Shown in pieces: positions 36,038 to 45,484 of a DNA stretch of 64,000 bases; positions within the stretch are counted from its first letter, which is position 1; each line of letters opens with the position of its first letter. The notes below the pieces were generated by a model. That model had not been told where the DNA came from, did not search any database, and saw only the letters and a program-made list of their open reading frames with translations. The position numbers were made by a program, and so were the translations under genes. The DNA comes from Planctomycetota bacterium (GTDB lineage: Bacteria > Planctomycetota > PUPC01 > JACPCR01): positions 627 to 64,626 of the forward strand of contig JACPCR010000088.1 of assembly GCA_016179685.1 (NCBI GenBank), given 5' to 3'.

Positions 36038-36213
36038 GGCTGGTTTTCCTTGAGTGAAGGCAGGAATCAACGGCTCGCTGATTGCATCTCACCGGAGATT
36101 GCATCCGAAATCGAAATCACGGCCTCAGCCGCAACCGTCCGCGGACGCCCTGAGAGCCCTCGCAGGTCATTCCCGTTGAAGCCGGGACGGCCATTGCTCG
36201 GGCCGCCGGCGAA

Positions 36214-37344
36214 TCACAGGTTCGGCTTCACCAGGGCCTTCATCACGCCGTTCTGCCGGCTGCTGAGAAGCTGGAGCGCGTTCTCGACCTTATCCACGGA
36301 AAAGCGATGAGTGACGAGAGGCGCCAGATTCACCAGTCCGGTGGAGATGGCGTTGAGGGCCGTCGGCCAGGTGAACGGCGCGAGCCAGGAGAACCGGATG
36401 GTCTTATCGCCGAACATGGACCGGAGCGCGGGGACGCGCACGACGTCCTTGTCGCCGGGCAGGCCGAAGTAGACGACGACGGATTTCTTGCCGGTGATCT
36501 CGAGGGCCTGCTCCATGGCGGGCACGGAGCTGGTGGCGAGGATGGCGCGCTCGGCCATGCGCCCTCCCGTGAGGTCGCGCATCTTTCCCACCACGTCGGG
36601 GCAGTAATAGGCCGAAGAGGCTTCCTTGGGGTTGAGGACCGTGGCGGCCCCCGCGGTCTTGCAAAGCTCGAGGCGATAATCCCGAGTCCCCACCACGACC
36701 ACGTGGCCCGCTCCGCTGGCCTTGATGAGCTGGGTCATGATGAAGCCGATGGGACCGGGGCCGTAAACGACGACGACCTGGCCAGGCTGAACGTCGAGAT
36801 TCTGTACGGCGTAGGTGGCGCAGGCGAGCGGCTCGGTGATCGCCCCATGCTCGAAGCTCACGTTGTCCGGAAGCCTCTTCGTGCCCGTGTACTTGGAGAC
36901 GCAGTACTCGGCGAAGCCGCCGTTCGTGGAGACGCCGAGGACGGACATCTTGGTGCACAGGTTCGTGAAGCCGCGAATGCATTGGTCGCACGTGTTGCAG
37001 GATTGGACCGGGTCCAGCACCACGCGATCGCCTTCCTTGAAGAGTCCCAGCCGGTTCGGCACGGTGCCGACCTTGATGACGGTGCCCGTGAACTCGTGTC
37101 CGAGAACGAGGGGGCCCTTGCCCGTCTTGGTTTCGAGGCTCGAAATCCCAAAATAGTAGTTGAGGTCCGAGCCGCACATCCCGCAGGCCTCGACGCGGAC
37201 CAGAACCTCGTCGTCCGCGGGCTCAGGAATCGGCTTCTCTTCCAGCTTCAGGGTCTCCTTCTCGTAGAAGACCATGGCCTTCATCGTCGGCTTCGAGGGA
37301 CTCGCCTTCGACGCCGACACGGGGGCCTTCTTTGCCTTTGCCAT
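36214..37344 (-). CDS. Zn-dependent alcohol/polyol dehydrogenase (MDR family) with a Lys/Ala-rich N-terminal tail
   Basis: VRVEACGMCGSDLNYY, GHEFTG, CNTCDQCIRG (structural Zn Cys cluster) and VVVYGPGPIGF Rossmann motif. GGAGG lies 9 nt upstream of ATG 37344. Confidence 0.9.
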   Translation of the reverse strand: MAKAKKAPVSASKASPSKPTMKAMVFYEKETLKLEEKPIPEPADDEVLVRVEACGMCGSDLNYYFGISSLETKTGKGPLVLGHEFTGTVIKVGTVPNRLGLFKEGDRVVLDPVQSCNTCDQCIRGFTNLCTKMSVLGVSTNGGFAEYCVSKYTGTKRLPDNVSFEHGAITEPLACATYAVQNLDVQPGQVVVVYGPGPIGFIMTQLIKASGAGHVVVVGTRDYRLELCKTAGAATVLNPKEASSAYYCPDVVGKMRDLTGGRMAERAILATSSVPAMEQALEITGKKSVVVYFGLPGDKDVVRVPALRSMFGDKTIRFSWLAPFTWPTALNAISTGLVNLAPLVTHRFSVDKVENALQLLSSRQNGVMKALVKPNL

Positions 37345-37450
37345 AAATGGTTTCCTCCAGCTTGCAAGGGGATTCCGTCCATCCTTGAGGCCGATAGGCC
37401 GAAAGGATGCTCAGTTCCTGTAGCCGGATATTCCCGTTCGGCTGCAAAAA

Positions 37451-38374
37451 CTAATTCAAATAGGCCGAAAGAAACTTCTTGGCCTTCGCCGTCACCTGCC
37501 AGGCCTCCGGCCAGAAGCAGAGATCGATCGTCCACCACGGGTGCTGGTAGCCCGCCTTCTCGATCGCCGGGATCACCTCGGCGAAGTTGATGAAGCCCTC
37601 GCCGAACGGGCGGTGCGTGCTCGTCTCGTTCCCGTGGAGCGTGCCGTCGGAGTCAATGAGGTGAACATGAAGAATCTTCCCCCTCAGCTTGCCCGCGAAT
37701 TCGGCGACGCCGCCCGGGAGCGTCTCTTTCTCGCCCGCCTGGCGCGCGCCGACGACCGCGCACATGTAGGCGTGGCAGGAGTCGAAAAGCGCCCCGAAGT
37801 TGGCGTGGTTCACGCGGCCGATCAGCTCCACCACCTCGCTGGGCTTGTTGAAGAGGAAGCCGGGCTCGAATTCCCAGGCGACGCGCACGCCGGAGTCGGC
37901 GGCGACGGCCGCACACTTGCGCCAGACCTTGGCAATCTGCTTCAGGGCTTCCTGGCGCTCCTCGGGCTTCGTGTACGCATCGGGCCCCTCCTTGGTATCG
38001 ACTCGGATCGCCGGGGCTTTCAAGTCCAGACAAAGCTGCAGGTTTTTCTTGAACAGGTTGACGTAGGTGGACTCGGCGTCCTTCCAGGCGGGCGCGCATC
38101 CGACGCGATCCTTGCCCAGCGGGTGGCCGGTCCAGAAATCCGCGGCAACGCCGGAAACCTGCAAACCGGCAACCTTGAGCTTTTCCGCCAGCGTCTGGCG
38201 GTCCGACTTCATCGGGTAGTCGTCCGGGTGGATATGGGGCCGGAAGGCGCCGACCTCGACGCCGTCGAACCGGAGGGTCCCGAGCTTCTTGACAACCTTG
38301 TCGAAGGGCACGGGATGGTCGGTATAGGGGCCGAAGGTGTAGGCCCAACTCCCAATGGAAAGTTTCTTGGCCAT
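37451..38374 (-). CDS. sugar phosphate isomerase/epimerase (xylose isomerase-like TIM barrel)
   Basis: FDGVEVGAF, VAWEFEPGF, ALFDSCHAY and HVHLIDSDG are the typical metal-ligand-bearing blocks of this fold. Confidence 0.8.
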   Translation of the reverse strand: MAKKLSIGSWAYTFGPYTDHPVPFDKVVKKLGTLRFDGVEVGAFRPHIHPDDYPMKSDRQTLAEKLKVAGLQVSGVAADFWTGHPLGKDRVGCAPAWKDAESTYVNLFKKNLQLCLDLKAPAIRVDTKEGPDAYTKPEERQEALKQIAKVWRKCAAVAADSGVRVAWEFEPGFLFNKPSEVVELIGRVNHANFGALFDSCHAYMCAVVGARQAGEKETLPGGVAEFAGKLRGKILHVHLIDSDGTLHGNETSTHRPFGEGFINFAEVIPAIEKAGYQHPWWTIDLCFWPEAWQVTAKAKKFLSAYLN

Positions 38375-38821
38375 GAAACGTGACCTCCTCGAGGTGCTGG
38401 TATCAGGATGTCGTCAAGATTGCCCACGCGGGAGACCTGTTCCCGCTGAGGTCCAGATTTTAGGCGGGAACTCGGGGGACTGTCAAGAGGCGTTCCAGCG
38501 GCGACCTATTCCGGAGTAGTCCCCCGCTGCGATGAGGCGGACTTGGCCATTCCGCGGTCAATCAGCGCCAGCACGGCCATCGCGGCAACTGAGCCTACTT
38601 TGACAGTCTTGGAATTTCAATCGCACAGCAAGTGAAGCAGGGTCCGTTTGGGAAACGGGACCCCGCGGAAATAACCTTCTGGCAGAGTCCGACGCTGTAC
38701 GGCCGCCGAACCTATCACCAGGCGAGCCAGCCGCCGGCCTGTGTAAACCCGCATCGATGTTGTTTGACCTTTTAACGGAATCTGATATTATTTCTATCAA
38801 ATTACGGCGTATTTGGACGAC

Positions 38822-39985
38822 ATGAGTAACATTATGCTAGTAACACGACTCCTAAAAACACCACAGAGCACCTTTTTCCTCCTGGGACCAAGGGGAACGG
38901 GCAAGAGCACCTGGCTACGAACTATTTTCCCGGAAACCTGCCGAACGGACCTTCTCAGCGAAGAGACCTATCAGCGACTTCTGGCCAACCCGGGACTATT
39001 CGCTTCCGAACTTCGAGCCATTCCGGTGGGTTCCCGGGTTATTATCGATGAAGTTCAAAGACTGCCTAACCTTCTGAATGAAGTTCACCGGTTCATCGAG
39101 GAGCGTGCCCTCCAATTTGTCTTGTGCGGATCCAGTGCCAGAAAACTGAAGGCCCACGGCACCAATCTTCTTGCCGGACGTGCACTGAGGCGGTTCATGC
39201 ATCCTTTCGTTCCTGGCGAGCTGGGGGACTCCTTCGTGCTCGACGATGCTTTGAGATTCGGGCTACTTCCCGTTGTGTGGAACGCCAGGGATCGGGAAGA
39301 GACCCTCCGGGCCTACGCTCAGCTTTACTTAAAGGAAGAAATCCAGGCGGAGGCGCTGGTAAGGAATCTGGCCGGCTTTGCCCGTTTTCTGCCCATTTCC
39401 GCCCTCTTTCATGCCCAAGCGATCAATATGTCGAACATCGCGCGGGATGCCGGGGTGTCTCGAACGACCGTGGCCGGCTATCTCCAGATTTTGGAAGACA
39501 CGCTTCTCTGTTTTCGCCTCCCGGCCTTTGAGGCCAAGCTGCGCGTCAGGGAGCGAAAGCTGCCAAAGCTTTACTGGATCGATCCTGGAATCGTCCGAGC
39601 GATGAAGCAGAGCTGGGGCAGCGTGCAGCCGGAGGAGCGCGGCGTCCTTTTTGAGGGCTTGGTAGCGCAGCTCATCCGAGCCTGTCAAGATTATGCAGGC
39701 CTCGCCGACAGTTTTTTCTACTGGTCGCCCGCGGAGACCACGGAAACGGAGGTGGATTTCCTTTTGGCCAGGGGTACGGAATTCGCCGCCATTGAAGTCA
39801 AATCCGGCATCCGCTTCGCCGAAAACTGGTGCCGCGGCCTCCGGGCGATTGCCGGCTTGAAAGGCCTGAGACGACGCCTGGTGGTCTATCCTGATGGACC
39901 GGTTCTGAAGACCGAAGACGGCATCGATGTCTTGCCTTTCCGCATCTTTGCGGACGCCCTGGCGGGGGGCCTGCTTTGGCCGTAA
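38822..39985 (+). CDS. AAA-family ATPase of the AAA_14 + DUF4143 type
   Basis: Walker A LLGPRGTGKST and Walker B VIIDEVQRLPNL, with a C-terminal restriction-endonuclease-like tail (EVDFLLARG..AIEVKSG). It is preceded by an AT-rich ~440-nt spacer. Confidence 0.8.
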   Translation: MSNIMLVTRLLKTPQSTFFLLGPRGTGKSTWLRTIFPETCRTDLLSEETYQRLLANPGLFASELRAIPVGSRVIIDEVQRLPNLLNEVHRFIEERALQFVLCGSSARKLKAHGTNLLAGRALRRFMHPFVPGELGDSFVLDDALRFGLLPVVWNARDREETLRAYAQLYLKEEIQAEALVRNLAGFARFLPISALFHAQAINMSNIARDAGVSRTTVAGYLQILEDTLLCFRLPAFEAKLRVRERKLPKLYWIDPGIVRAMKQSWGSVQPEERGVLFEGLVAQLIRACQDYAGLADSFFYWSPAETTETEVDFLLARGTEFAAIEVKSGIRFAENWCRGLRAIAGLKGLRRRLVVYPDGPVLKTEDGIDVLPFRIFADALAGGLLWP

Positions 39986-40011
39986 GGGAGGCAGGGGCCC
40001 TGCGGTCACTT

Positions 40012-40055
40012 GGTGACGAGTTCGCAAGCGCCGGTGCACTTGCGAACTCGTCACC
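40012..40055. repeat. palindromic repeat family B, copy 1 (17-bp arms) between convergent genes
   Basis: GGTGACGAGTTCGCAAG-cgccggtgca-CTTGCGAACTCGTCACC. It shares the core GACGAGTTCGC...GCGAACTCGTC with the copies at 45485 and 52036. Confidence 0.8.
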
Positions 40056-40061
40056 TAGAGC

Positions 40062-41906
40062 TTATCGGATCGTGAAGCGCCACGGCATGTGGAGCAGGAC
40101 GTAGCGCTCCGACAGCAGGAAGGCCAGGCGCAGGTCCGTATTCAGGTGGGGCAATGGGAACTGGATCGGGGTAGCCGGCCTCCAGGGCGACCGCGCATCC
40201 TCCAGGCTGCCGCCCAGAAGCTCGAAGAGGGTCTTCGGCCTTGGAAGAATCAGCGGCTCGAGAAGGTCGTCCGGCTTGAGACCCGCGTGCTGTTTGGCCA
40301 GGCGGATGGCGGCGGCGAGCCCGCCCAGCTCGTCGACGAGCCCGAGCTGAAGGGCGCGCCGAGCGGTCCAGGCCCGGCCCTCGGCGGCCTTGGCCAGCTC
40401 GTCCACCTTGCGATTCCGGCCCTTGGCGGCCTTTTCCAGGAACAGGTCGTAGGTCTGCCGGAGCAGCCGCTGCATCCGGGCCGTCTCCTCCTCCGTCAGC
40501 CTATGCTGCATGGAGAACAGGCCCGAGCCGGCGCCGCGCTCCACGACGTCCACGTTCACGCCGATGAGGCCGAACAGCTTCTGCAGATTGAACTTGCCGC
40601 CCAGGACCCCGATCGATCCCGTGATCGTCGTCGGATACGCTACGATCGCGCGGGCCGGCATCGCAATGTAATAGCCACCCGACGCCGCAACATCGGACAT
40701 GGAAATGATCACTGGCTTGACCTGGTTCGTCTGGTCCACAGCGCGCCAGATCAAGTCGGACGTGATCACGTCGCCGCCGGGGCTGTCCACGCGGAACACG
40801 ACGGCCTTGACCGTCGTGTCCTCCCGCGCCTCCTTGAAGGCCTTGATCAGGGGATTCGCCGTCACGATCTCTTCGCCGCCGAAGGGGCCCGGGCTCTCTT
40901 CCATCAGGATCGGCCCGACGGCGTAGATCAGCGCCAGCTTCGGATTTCCCGATTTGATCAGCGAGGGCGGGGAAAGCATCTGGGTGAGAAAGTTCAGCAG
41001 CCCGAACGGGCTGCTGAAGTCCGGCCGGTTCGCACCCGCTCCCTCGTACAGGGACTGGGAGACGAATTCCATTTTGTCCGTTTCCCGCACCTGGGTGATG
41101 TATTCGTCCAGGTAGAGGATGCGATCGATGAGCTTTTGTTTCTGGGCCTCGGCGGCGTGGTAGGGCCCCTGGTCGAGGGCCTGGCGGAACTGCTCGGGTG
41201 TCATGCCGCGGCTCTGGGACACGCCTTCGACGTAAGAGGCCATGACGTCATCCAGCATGGCCTCGAGGGTCTCGCGGAACTGCGGCGACATCTCGTTGCG
41301 GGTGTACGGCTCTCCGGCCGCCTTGTATTCGCCGATATGGACGATCTCGGCCTCGACTCCAACCTTGTCGAGCAGGCCCTTGAAGAAGGTCACCTCCGCC
41401 CTCAGCCCCAGGGTCAGGAGCAGGCCCGCGGGCGGCATCAGGATTTCATCCGCCGCGCTCGCGATGAAATACTCGCGATTCGTCGCCAGAGGCAGCCAGA
41501 CGGTGACTTTCTTCCCCGATCCGCGGAAGTCCGCCAGAATGGCTCTCAACTCTTCGCACTTGCCCCAACCCGCGTCCACGGGCCCCAGCCGCAGAAGGAC
41601 GCTCTGGATGGAATCGTCCCTGCGGGCGCGCTGGAACAGGCGGTAAAGGCCCAGCAAATCGGCCTGTTCCCCGGGCTGGAAGAAAAAAGCGGACATAGCC
41701 TGTTTTTCCGAGATCGTCCCGCGGATGGAAATGTCCAGCACTCGCTTCCGAGAAGCCGGAACAGACGGCTTGGCGTCACCCGGGCCAGCCGCGGCCTCCT
41801 CCGGAGGCTTGACCGGCTCGGCCTCGGGGGCCTCCTCGCCCCAGGCTAGGGGAAGGCCCGAGAAGACGGCGGCGGCCAGAGCGAAGATCAACAGAAATTT
41901 CTTCAT
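40062..41906 (-). CDS. sppA: signal peptide peptidase SppA, 67K (two S49 domains) type
   Basis: Signal peptide MKKFLLIFALAAAVFSG. The second domain carries the S49 serine block ISMSDVAASGGYYIAMPA. The size fits a tandem-domain SppA. Confidence 0.85.
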   Translation of the reverse strand: MKKFLLIFALAAAVFSGLPLAWGEEAPEAEPVKPPEEAAAGPGDAKPSVPASRKRVLDISIRGTISEKQAMSAFFFQPGEQADLLGLYRLFQRARRDDSIQSVLLRLGPVDAGWGKCEELRAILADFRGSGKKVTVWLPLATNREYFIASAADEILMPPAGLLLTLGLRAEVTFFKGLLDKVGVEAEIVHIGEYKAAGEPYTRNEMSPQFRETLEAMLDDVMASYVEGVSQSRGMTPEQFRQALDQGPYHAAEAQKQKLIDRILYLDEYITQVRETDKMEFVSQSLYEGAGANRPDFSSPFGLLNFLTQMLSPPSLIKSGNPKLALIYAVGPILMEESPGPFGGEEIVTANPLIKAFKEAREDTTVKAVVFRVDSPGGDVITSDLIWRAVDQTNQVKPVIISMSDVAASGGYYIAMPARAIVAYPTTITGSIGVLGGKFNLQKLFGLIGVNVDVVERGAGSGLFSMQHRLTEEETARMQRLLRQTYDLFLEKAAKGRNRKVDELAKAAEGRAWTARRALQLGLVDELGGLAAAIRLAKQHAGLKPDDLLEPLILPRPKTLFELLGGSLEDARSPWRPATPIQFPLPHLNTDLRLAFLLSERYVLLHMPWRFTIR

Positions 41907-42023
41907 GGTCACTCCCGAAACGGACGTTATGATGATCCTGATGGGCTTCTGGAAGTTCTGCGGGCCTGCATCGACCCGCATGCGGCCCGAGACATTATTC
42001 TAAAGGCTGGAGAGGCCTTTTGC

Positions 42024-43088
42024 ATGCAACTTGCTCTTCTGGGCATACCCGGCACGGGAGTCAAGACCCTTTTCTCCGCGATCACGGGCCTGGCCGAGCC
42101 GGCGGGCGCCTACACGGGCGCTCCGGGCCAGGCCCGAGTGGCCGTAGTCAAGGTGCCGGACGAGCGCCTGCTGCTCCTCAGCAGCGTCTATCGGCCGAAG
42201 AAGACCACGCCCGCGACGGTCGAATTGGTCGAGTTCCCCGGCCTGTTCGGCGGCCCGGCCGTGGACGCCCGCGTCGTGGCCAAGGCCCGGGAATCCGACG
42301 CGCTCGTCATTGTCCTGCGCACCTTCGAGAGCCAGGTCGCGCCGCACCTTCTCGGCGCGGTGGACCCGAAACGCGACCTCGCCCGGATCGATTCCGAAAT
42401 GGCGCTGGCGGACCTGGCCATCCTCGAGGCGCGCCTCGACCGGCTCGAAAAGAATCTGAAGCGAAACCGGACGGACGAGGACCTGGCGGAGAAGGACATC
42501 CTGTTGCGCTGCCGCGCCGAGCTCGAGGCGGGCCGAAGCGTGCGCGATGCCCGGCTCTCGGACGCGGAGCGCAGGGCCATCCGCAGCTTCCGTTTCCTCA
42601 CGGAGAAGCCGGCGATTCTGATGATGAATATCGGGGAGAACCAGATCGGCCAGGAGGAGGCGCTGATGACTTCGTTCAAGGGAAAGTACGAGGTCCAGGC
42701 GATCTGCGGATCGCTCGAATCGGAACTGGCCCGGCTCGGGGAAGCGGAACGCGCCGATTTCATGAAGGATTTCGGCGTCCAGGAGCTTGCCGCACCCGTG
42801 GTCCTCCACGCGGCCTACCGCATCCTCGAAGTCGTCACCTTCTTCACCTACGGCGAGGACGAGTGCCGGGCATGGAACGTCCGGCGCGGCGACACGGTGG
42901 TCGAGGCCGCCGGCCGGATTCACACGGACCTCGCCAAAGGCTTCATCCGCGCCGAGGTGGTCAGCTTCGAGGACTTCCGGCAGTATGGCGACATGAAGGG
43001 CGTGAAGGCCGCTGGCAAGTTTCGACTCGAGGGGCGGGACCATCTCGTGCAGGAAGGCGATATCATCATCATCCGGCACAGCAATTAG
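42024..43088 (+). CDS. YchF-family (DUF933/TGS-like C-terminus) P-loop protein with atypical G1/G3 motifs
   Basis: The C-terminus is as in YchF: FFTYGEDECRAWNVRRGDTVVEAAGRIHTDLAKGFIRAEVV...GKFRLEGRDHLVQEGDIIIIRH. The N-terminus is LGIPGTGVKTLFSAITG instead of the canonical G.PNVGKSTLFNALT, and EFPGL replaces DIAGL. Confidence 0.7.
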   Translation: MQLALLGIPGTGVKTLFSAITGLAEPAGAYTGAPGQARVAVVKVPDERLLLLSSVYRPKKTTPATVELVEFPGLFGGPAVDARVVAKARESDALVIVLRTFESQVAPHLLGAVDPKRDLARIDSEMALADLAILEARLDRLEKNLKRNRTDEDLAEKDILLRCRAELEAGRSVRDARLSDAERRAIRSFRFLTEKPAILMMNIGENQIGQEEALMTSFKGKYEVQAICGSLESELARLGEAERADFMKDFGVQELAAPVVLHAAYRILEVVTFFTYGEDECRAWNVRRGDTVVEAAGRIHTDLAKGFIRAEVVSFEDFRQYGDMKGVKAAGKFRLEGRDHLVQEGDIIIIRHSN

Positions 43089-43093
43089 AGTTG

Positions 43094-43129
43094 CCGGGCG
43101 GGAGGGGGTGAAACACCCTTGCCGCCCGG
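43094..43129. terminator. GC-rich hairpin (CCGGGCGG...CCGCCCGG with inner GGGTG/CACCC) between convergent operons
   Basis: Seen directly in the sequence. It is followed by AAAATC on the plus strand, so it is not a canonical intrinsic terminator. Confidence 0.35.
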
Positions 43130-43240
43130 AAAATCTAAGGCGGCGGCGGCGCTGACCATCCCTTCAAACCGGTATCCTGAGTCCCCAGCGCTGTCCCAGC
43201 CTCCACAGGCTCCCTCCAAGAAGAAGCCACGGGCTGCGTT

Positions 43241-43426
43241 TCAGCCGCTGACGCTCCGCGTTCGCTTCGACGCTGTTCGATGTCTCCGACGGTCTACCAG
43301 TCGTGAGTTGGGCCTCTTCTGGCGCTCGCAAAGGTCTTGCACGATCTCGTCGAGATTGTGATGATGTTTTTTCACGTACGCATCCCGATGGCGCCAGACT
43401 TCTGCAATGATTTCATCCCTATACAT
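43241..43426 (-). CDS. 61-aa protein downstream of, and overlapping, the PIN gene (candidate cognate antitoxin)
   Basis: MYRDEIIAEVWRHRDAYVKKHHHNLDEIVQDL... Its ATG 43426 overlaps the PIN stop by 8 nt. Confidence 0.45.
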   Translation of the reverse strand: MYRDEIIAEVWRHRDAYVKKHHHNLDEIVQDLCERQKRPNSRLVDRRRHRTASKRTRSVSG

Positions 43427-43904
43427 TGTCCATTTCCTCCGACAAAAGCTCCAATGGCGTGCATATCTCCGGACAAGCGTATCCGGCCCTCGCACAGATA
43501 AAGCGAAGGAGGGGTCTTGTTGCCGCGTTGTTTATATGGCGGCAGTTCCACGTCAGCAGAAAGTCGACCGCGTGAACACGAGCTACGGCGATGTGGAGAG
43601 CATCCGCCTGGGCTCCAGAGGGCACCCCTCCGCGTTTAATCAGCTTAGCCGCAAGCGTTTTGACCTCATCGTCGATCTGAAGCTCCGCAATGTCCTTCAA
43701 CACCCCGACGCGCGACCTCGCCGCGTTCTGATTCCCGGCCGCCGCTTCGGCAACGACCAGTTCGGAGGTGAACAACTCATATTTGGAACGTTCTCCTGAC
43801 CACCACTGATGGGTGATCTGTTGCCATGCCGCGGCACGCAGGTCACGGGAAGGGCGTGATGTCAGATAGCTAACAACAGAAGTTTCGATATATACACTTT
43901 TCAT
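43419..43904 (-). CDS. PIN-domain (VapC-like) ribonuclease
   Basis: The N-terminal VYIETSVVSY, a central acidic residue in ELVVAEA, and the C-terminal DALHIAVARVHAVDFLLTWNCRHI are arranged as in PIN toxins. Confidence 0.7.
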   Translation of the reverse strand: MKSVYIETSVVSYLTSRPSRDLRAAAWQQITHQWWSGERSKYELFTSELVVAEAAAGNQNAARSRVGVLKDIAELQIDDEVKTLAAKLIKRGGVPSGAQADALHIAVARVHAVDFLLTWNCRHINNAATRPLLRFICARAGYACPEICTPLELLSEEMDNV

Positions 43905-43971
43905 TCGAGAACGAAATTACTCCTTTAGTGGCCTTGATGTCAATTACTTCATAAGGAAGGATGTCCAAGTC

Positions 43972-44529
43972 ATGGCTTTACGGCGATCGGACGCTTATGC
44001 CCTGCTCACGGAATACACCAAGAACGACAACCTGATCAAACACGCGTTGGGTGTCGAAGCGGCCATGAGATTCTACGCCCGGAAGCTCGGCCAGGAGGAG
44101 GAACTCTTCGGCCTCACCGGCCTGCTCCATGATTTCGACTACGAGCGATGGCCCGACCCGGCGGACCATCCGCTAAAAGGGTGCCGAATTTTGACTGAGA
44201 AGGGCTATCCTCCGGAGATGATCCATGCCATCCAGGGGCATGCGAATTACCTGAACGTCCCGCGTGAGTCCACCCTCGACCGCGCCCTGTTCGCCGTCGA
44301 TGAGCTTGTCGGCTTCATCACGGCCGTAGCGCTGGTGCGGCCGAGCAAGAAGGTGGCGGACGTCGAGGTCAAATCCGTGCGTAAGAAGTTGAAGGACAAG
44401 GCTTTTGCGCGCACGTGCAGCCGCGAGGACATCGAGACCGGGGCGAAGGAACTGGGGCTGGATCTCGACACTCACATCGGCAACGTCCTCGAGGCGATGA
44501 AAGGCGTGGCCGATCAGCTCGGCCTCTGA
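43972..44529 (+). CDS. HD/HDIG-domain metal-dependent phosphohydrolase
   Basis: H...HD arrangement (IKHALGVEAA ... GLLHDFDYE ... HAIQGH). Confidence 0.8.
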   Translation: MALRRSDAYALLTEYTKNDNLIKHALGVEAAMRFYARKLGQEEELFGLTGLLHDFDYERWPDPADHPLKGCRILTEKGYPPEMIHAIQGHANYLNVPRESTLDRALFAVDELVGFITAVALVRPSKKVADVEVKSVRKKLKDKAFARTCSREDIETGAKELGLDLDTHIGNVLEAMKGVADQLGL

Positions 44530-44619
44530 TGAAATCCGCTGCGCCCTTCGGGCTCGCGGATTTCAGAGCCCGGGTTTGGCCAGGCTTCGCCGGCCCAGCC
44601 CGGGCGGGTCAGCAGAAGT
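44529..44619 (+). repeat. intergenic repeat family A, copy 2 (followed by a partial extra hairpin at 44626..44654)
   Basis: ATGAAATCCGCTGCGCCCTTCGGGCTCGCGGATTTCAGAGCCCGGGTTTGGCC... starts at the last base of the HD gene stop codon. The partial extra hairpin is TGAAATCCGCCGGCAAGCGAATTTCAG. Confidence 0.85.
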
Positions 44620-44711
44620 TTTTGTTGAAATCCGCCGGCAAGCGAATTTCAGAAGAGGAAATGTCAGAGGCTGAAGGCCAAGGCCATTTCTCGCTGTTCC
44701 CTCGGATCTGA

Positions 44712-45308
44712 CCAGGCGTCTCACACGGTGCGCGTCGCTGCTCAGGGATACCCGGTCCAGCAATCCGCCAGTGGACGCGTGAGAGGCACAGGATGGACCT
44801 GGCCGTGGACGTGCTCGACAGCATGGTCGAAGGGACGCTCCAGGCATCGCTCGAGCTCCTCCCAAGCCCGCTGGCCACGATTCAGGTAGGGCTGGAATCG
44901 CTGCTCCAGAAGCCCGGGGGCTGCTTCGAGCAGGCCTCGTCGAGCAATTACCCGAACATCCTGGCGCTCAAGTACATGCAGGAGACCGGCACGGTGAATC
45001 CGGACCTGGCTCGACGTTGCCGTGGGCTGCTCGAACGCGGCTATGCCAGGCTCACGAGCTTCCGCTGCAAGGGTGAAGGCTACGAGTGGTTCGGGCATGA
45101 CCCCGGGCACGAGGCCCTCACCGCCTACGGCCTGATGCAGTTCCACGACGTGGCCGAGGTGTTCGAGGTCGCGGAAATTTCAGTGGACCTCATCGCGGCC
45201 GTGCCGTGCACGTACACCGCACCGGCCTCCCGGGCCTACCTCTACTACTACAACGGCGATCACAAGTCGTGGACCGCCCCGGTCGCCCTGGCCATCGCGC
45301 GGCCGTAA
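44712..45308 (+). pseudogene. fragment of an alpha-2-macroglobulin-family gene (thioester-domain region only)
   Basis: PGGCFEQASSSNYPNILALKYM resembles the thioester motif (GCGEQ) context, and EALTAYGLMQF resembles the TED helix block. Bacterial A2M proteins are >1500 aa, but only ~170-200 codons are open here. Confidence 0.5.
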
Positions 45309-45484
45309 ACCTGTGTGGACCCGGCGGGTGGAAGACGATGGACGATGGACTGCCGCGTCTTATCGTCGCCGTCTTCGTTCCCGTCGTGGAAATGTCCGTT
45401 CGCGTTTCCAGGACGAGGACATGCGCGCCATGACTTAAGTTGAATCCCTTTTCGGAAGTGCTGGAGCACCTCTGAACGGGGAGA

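Noticed and set aside
34458-36104. 548-aa ORF from the track
   Set aside because: It is a chimera. Only its last ~222 codons (the C39-like protein) look like a real protein. The upstream part runs out of frame over the well-supported TIM-barrel gene 35183..36037 and is Arg/Pro/Gly-rich.
40089-43111. Long ORFs antisense to or overlapping sppA and the YchF-like gene (40089..41849 +, 42000..43079 -, 42020..43111 +)
   Set aside because: The S49 and YchF/TGS motifs define the true frames. The alternatives are Arg/Gly/Pro-rich shadows.
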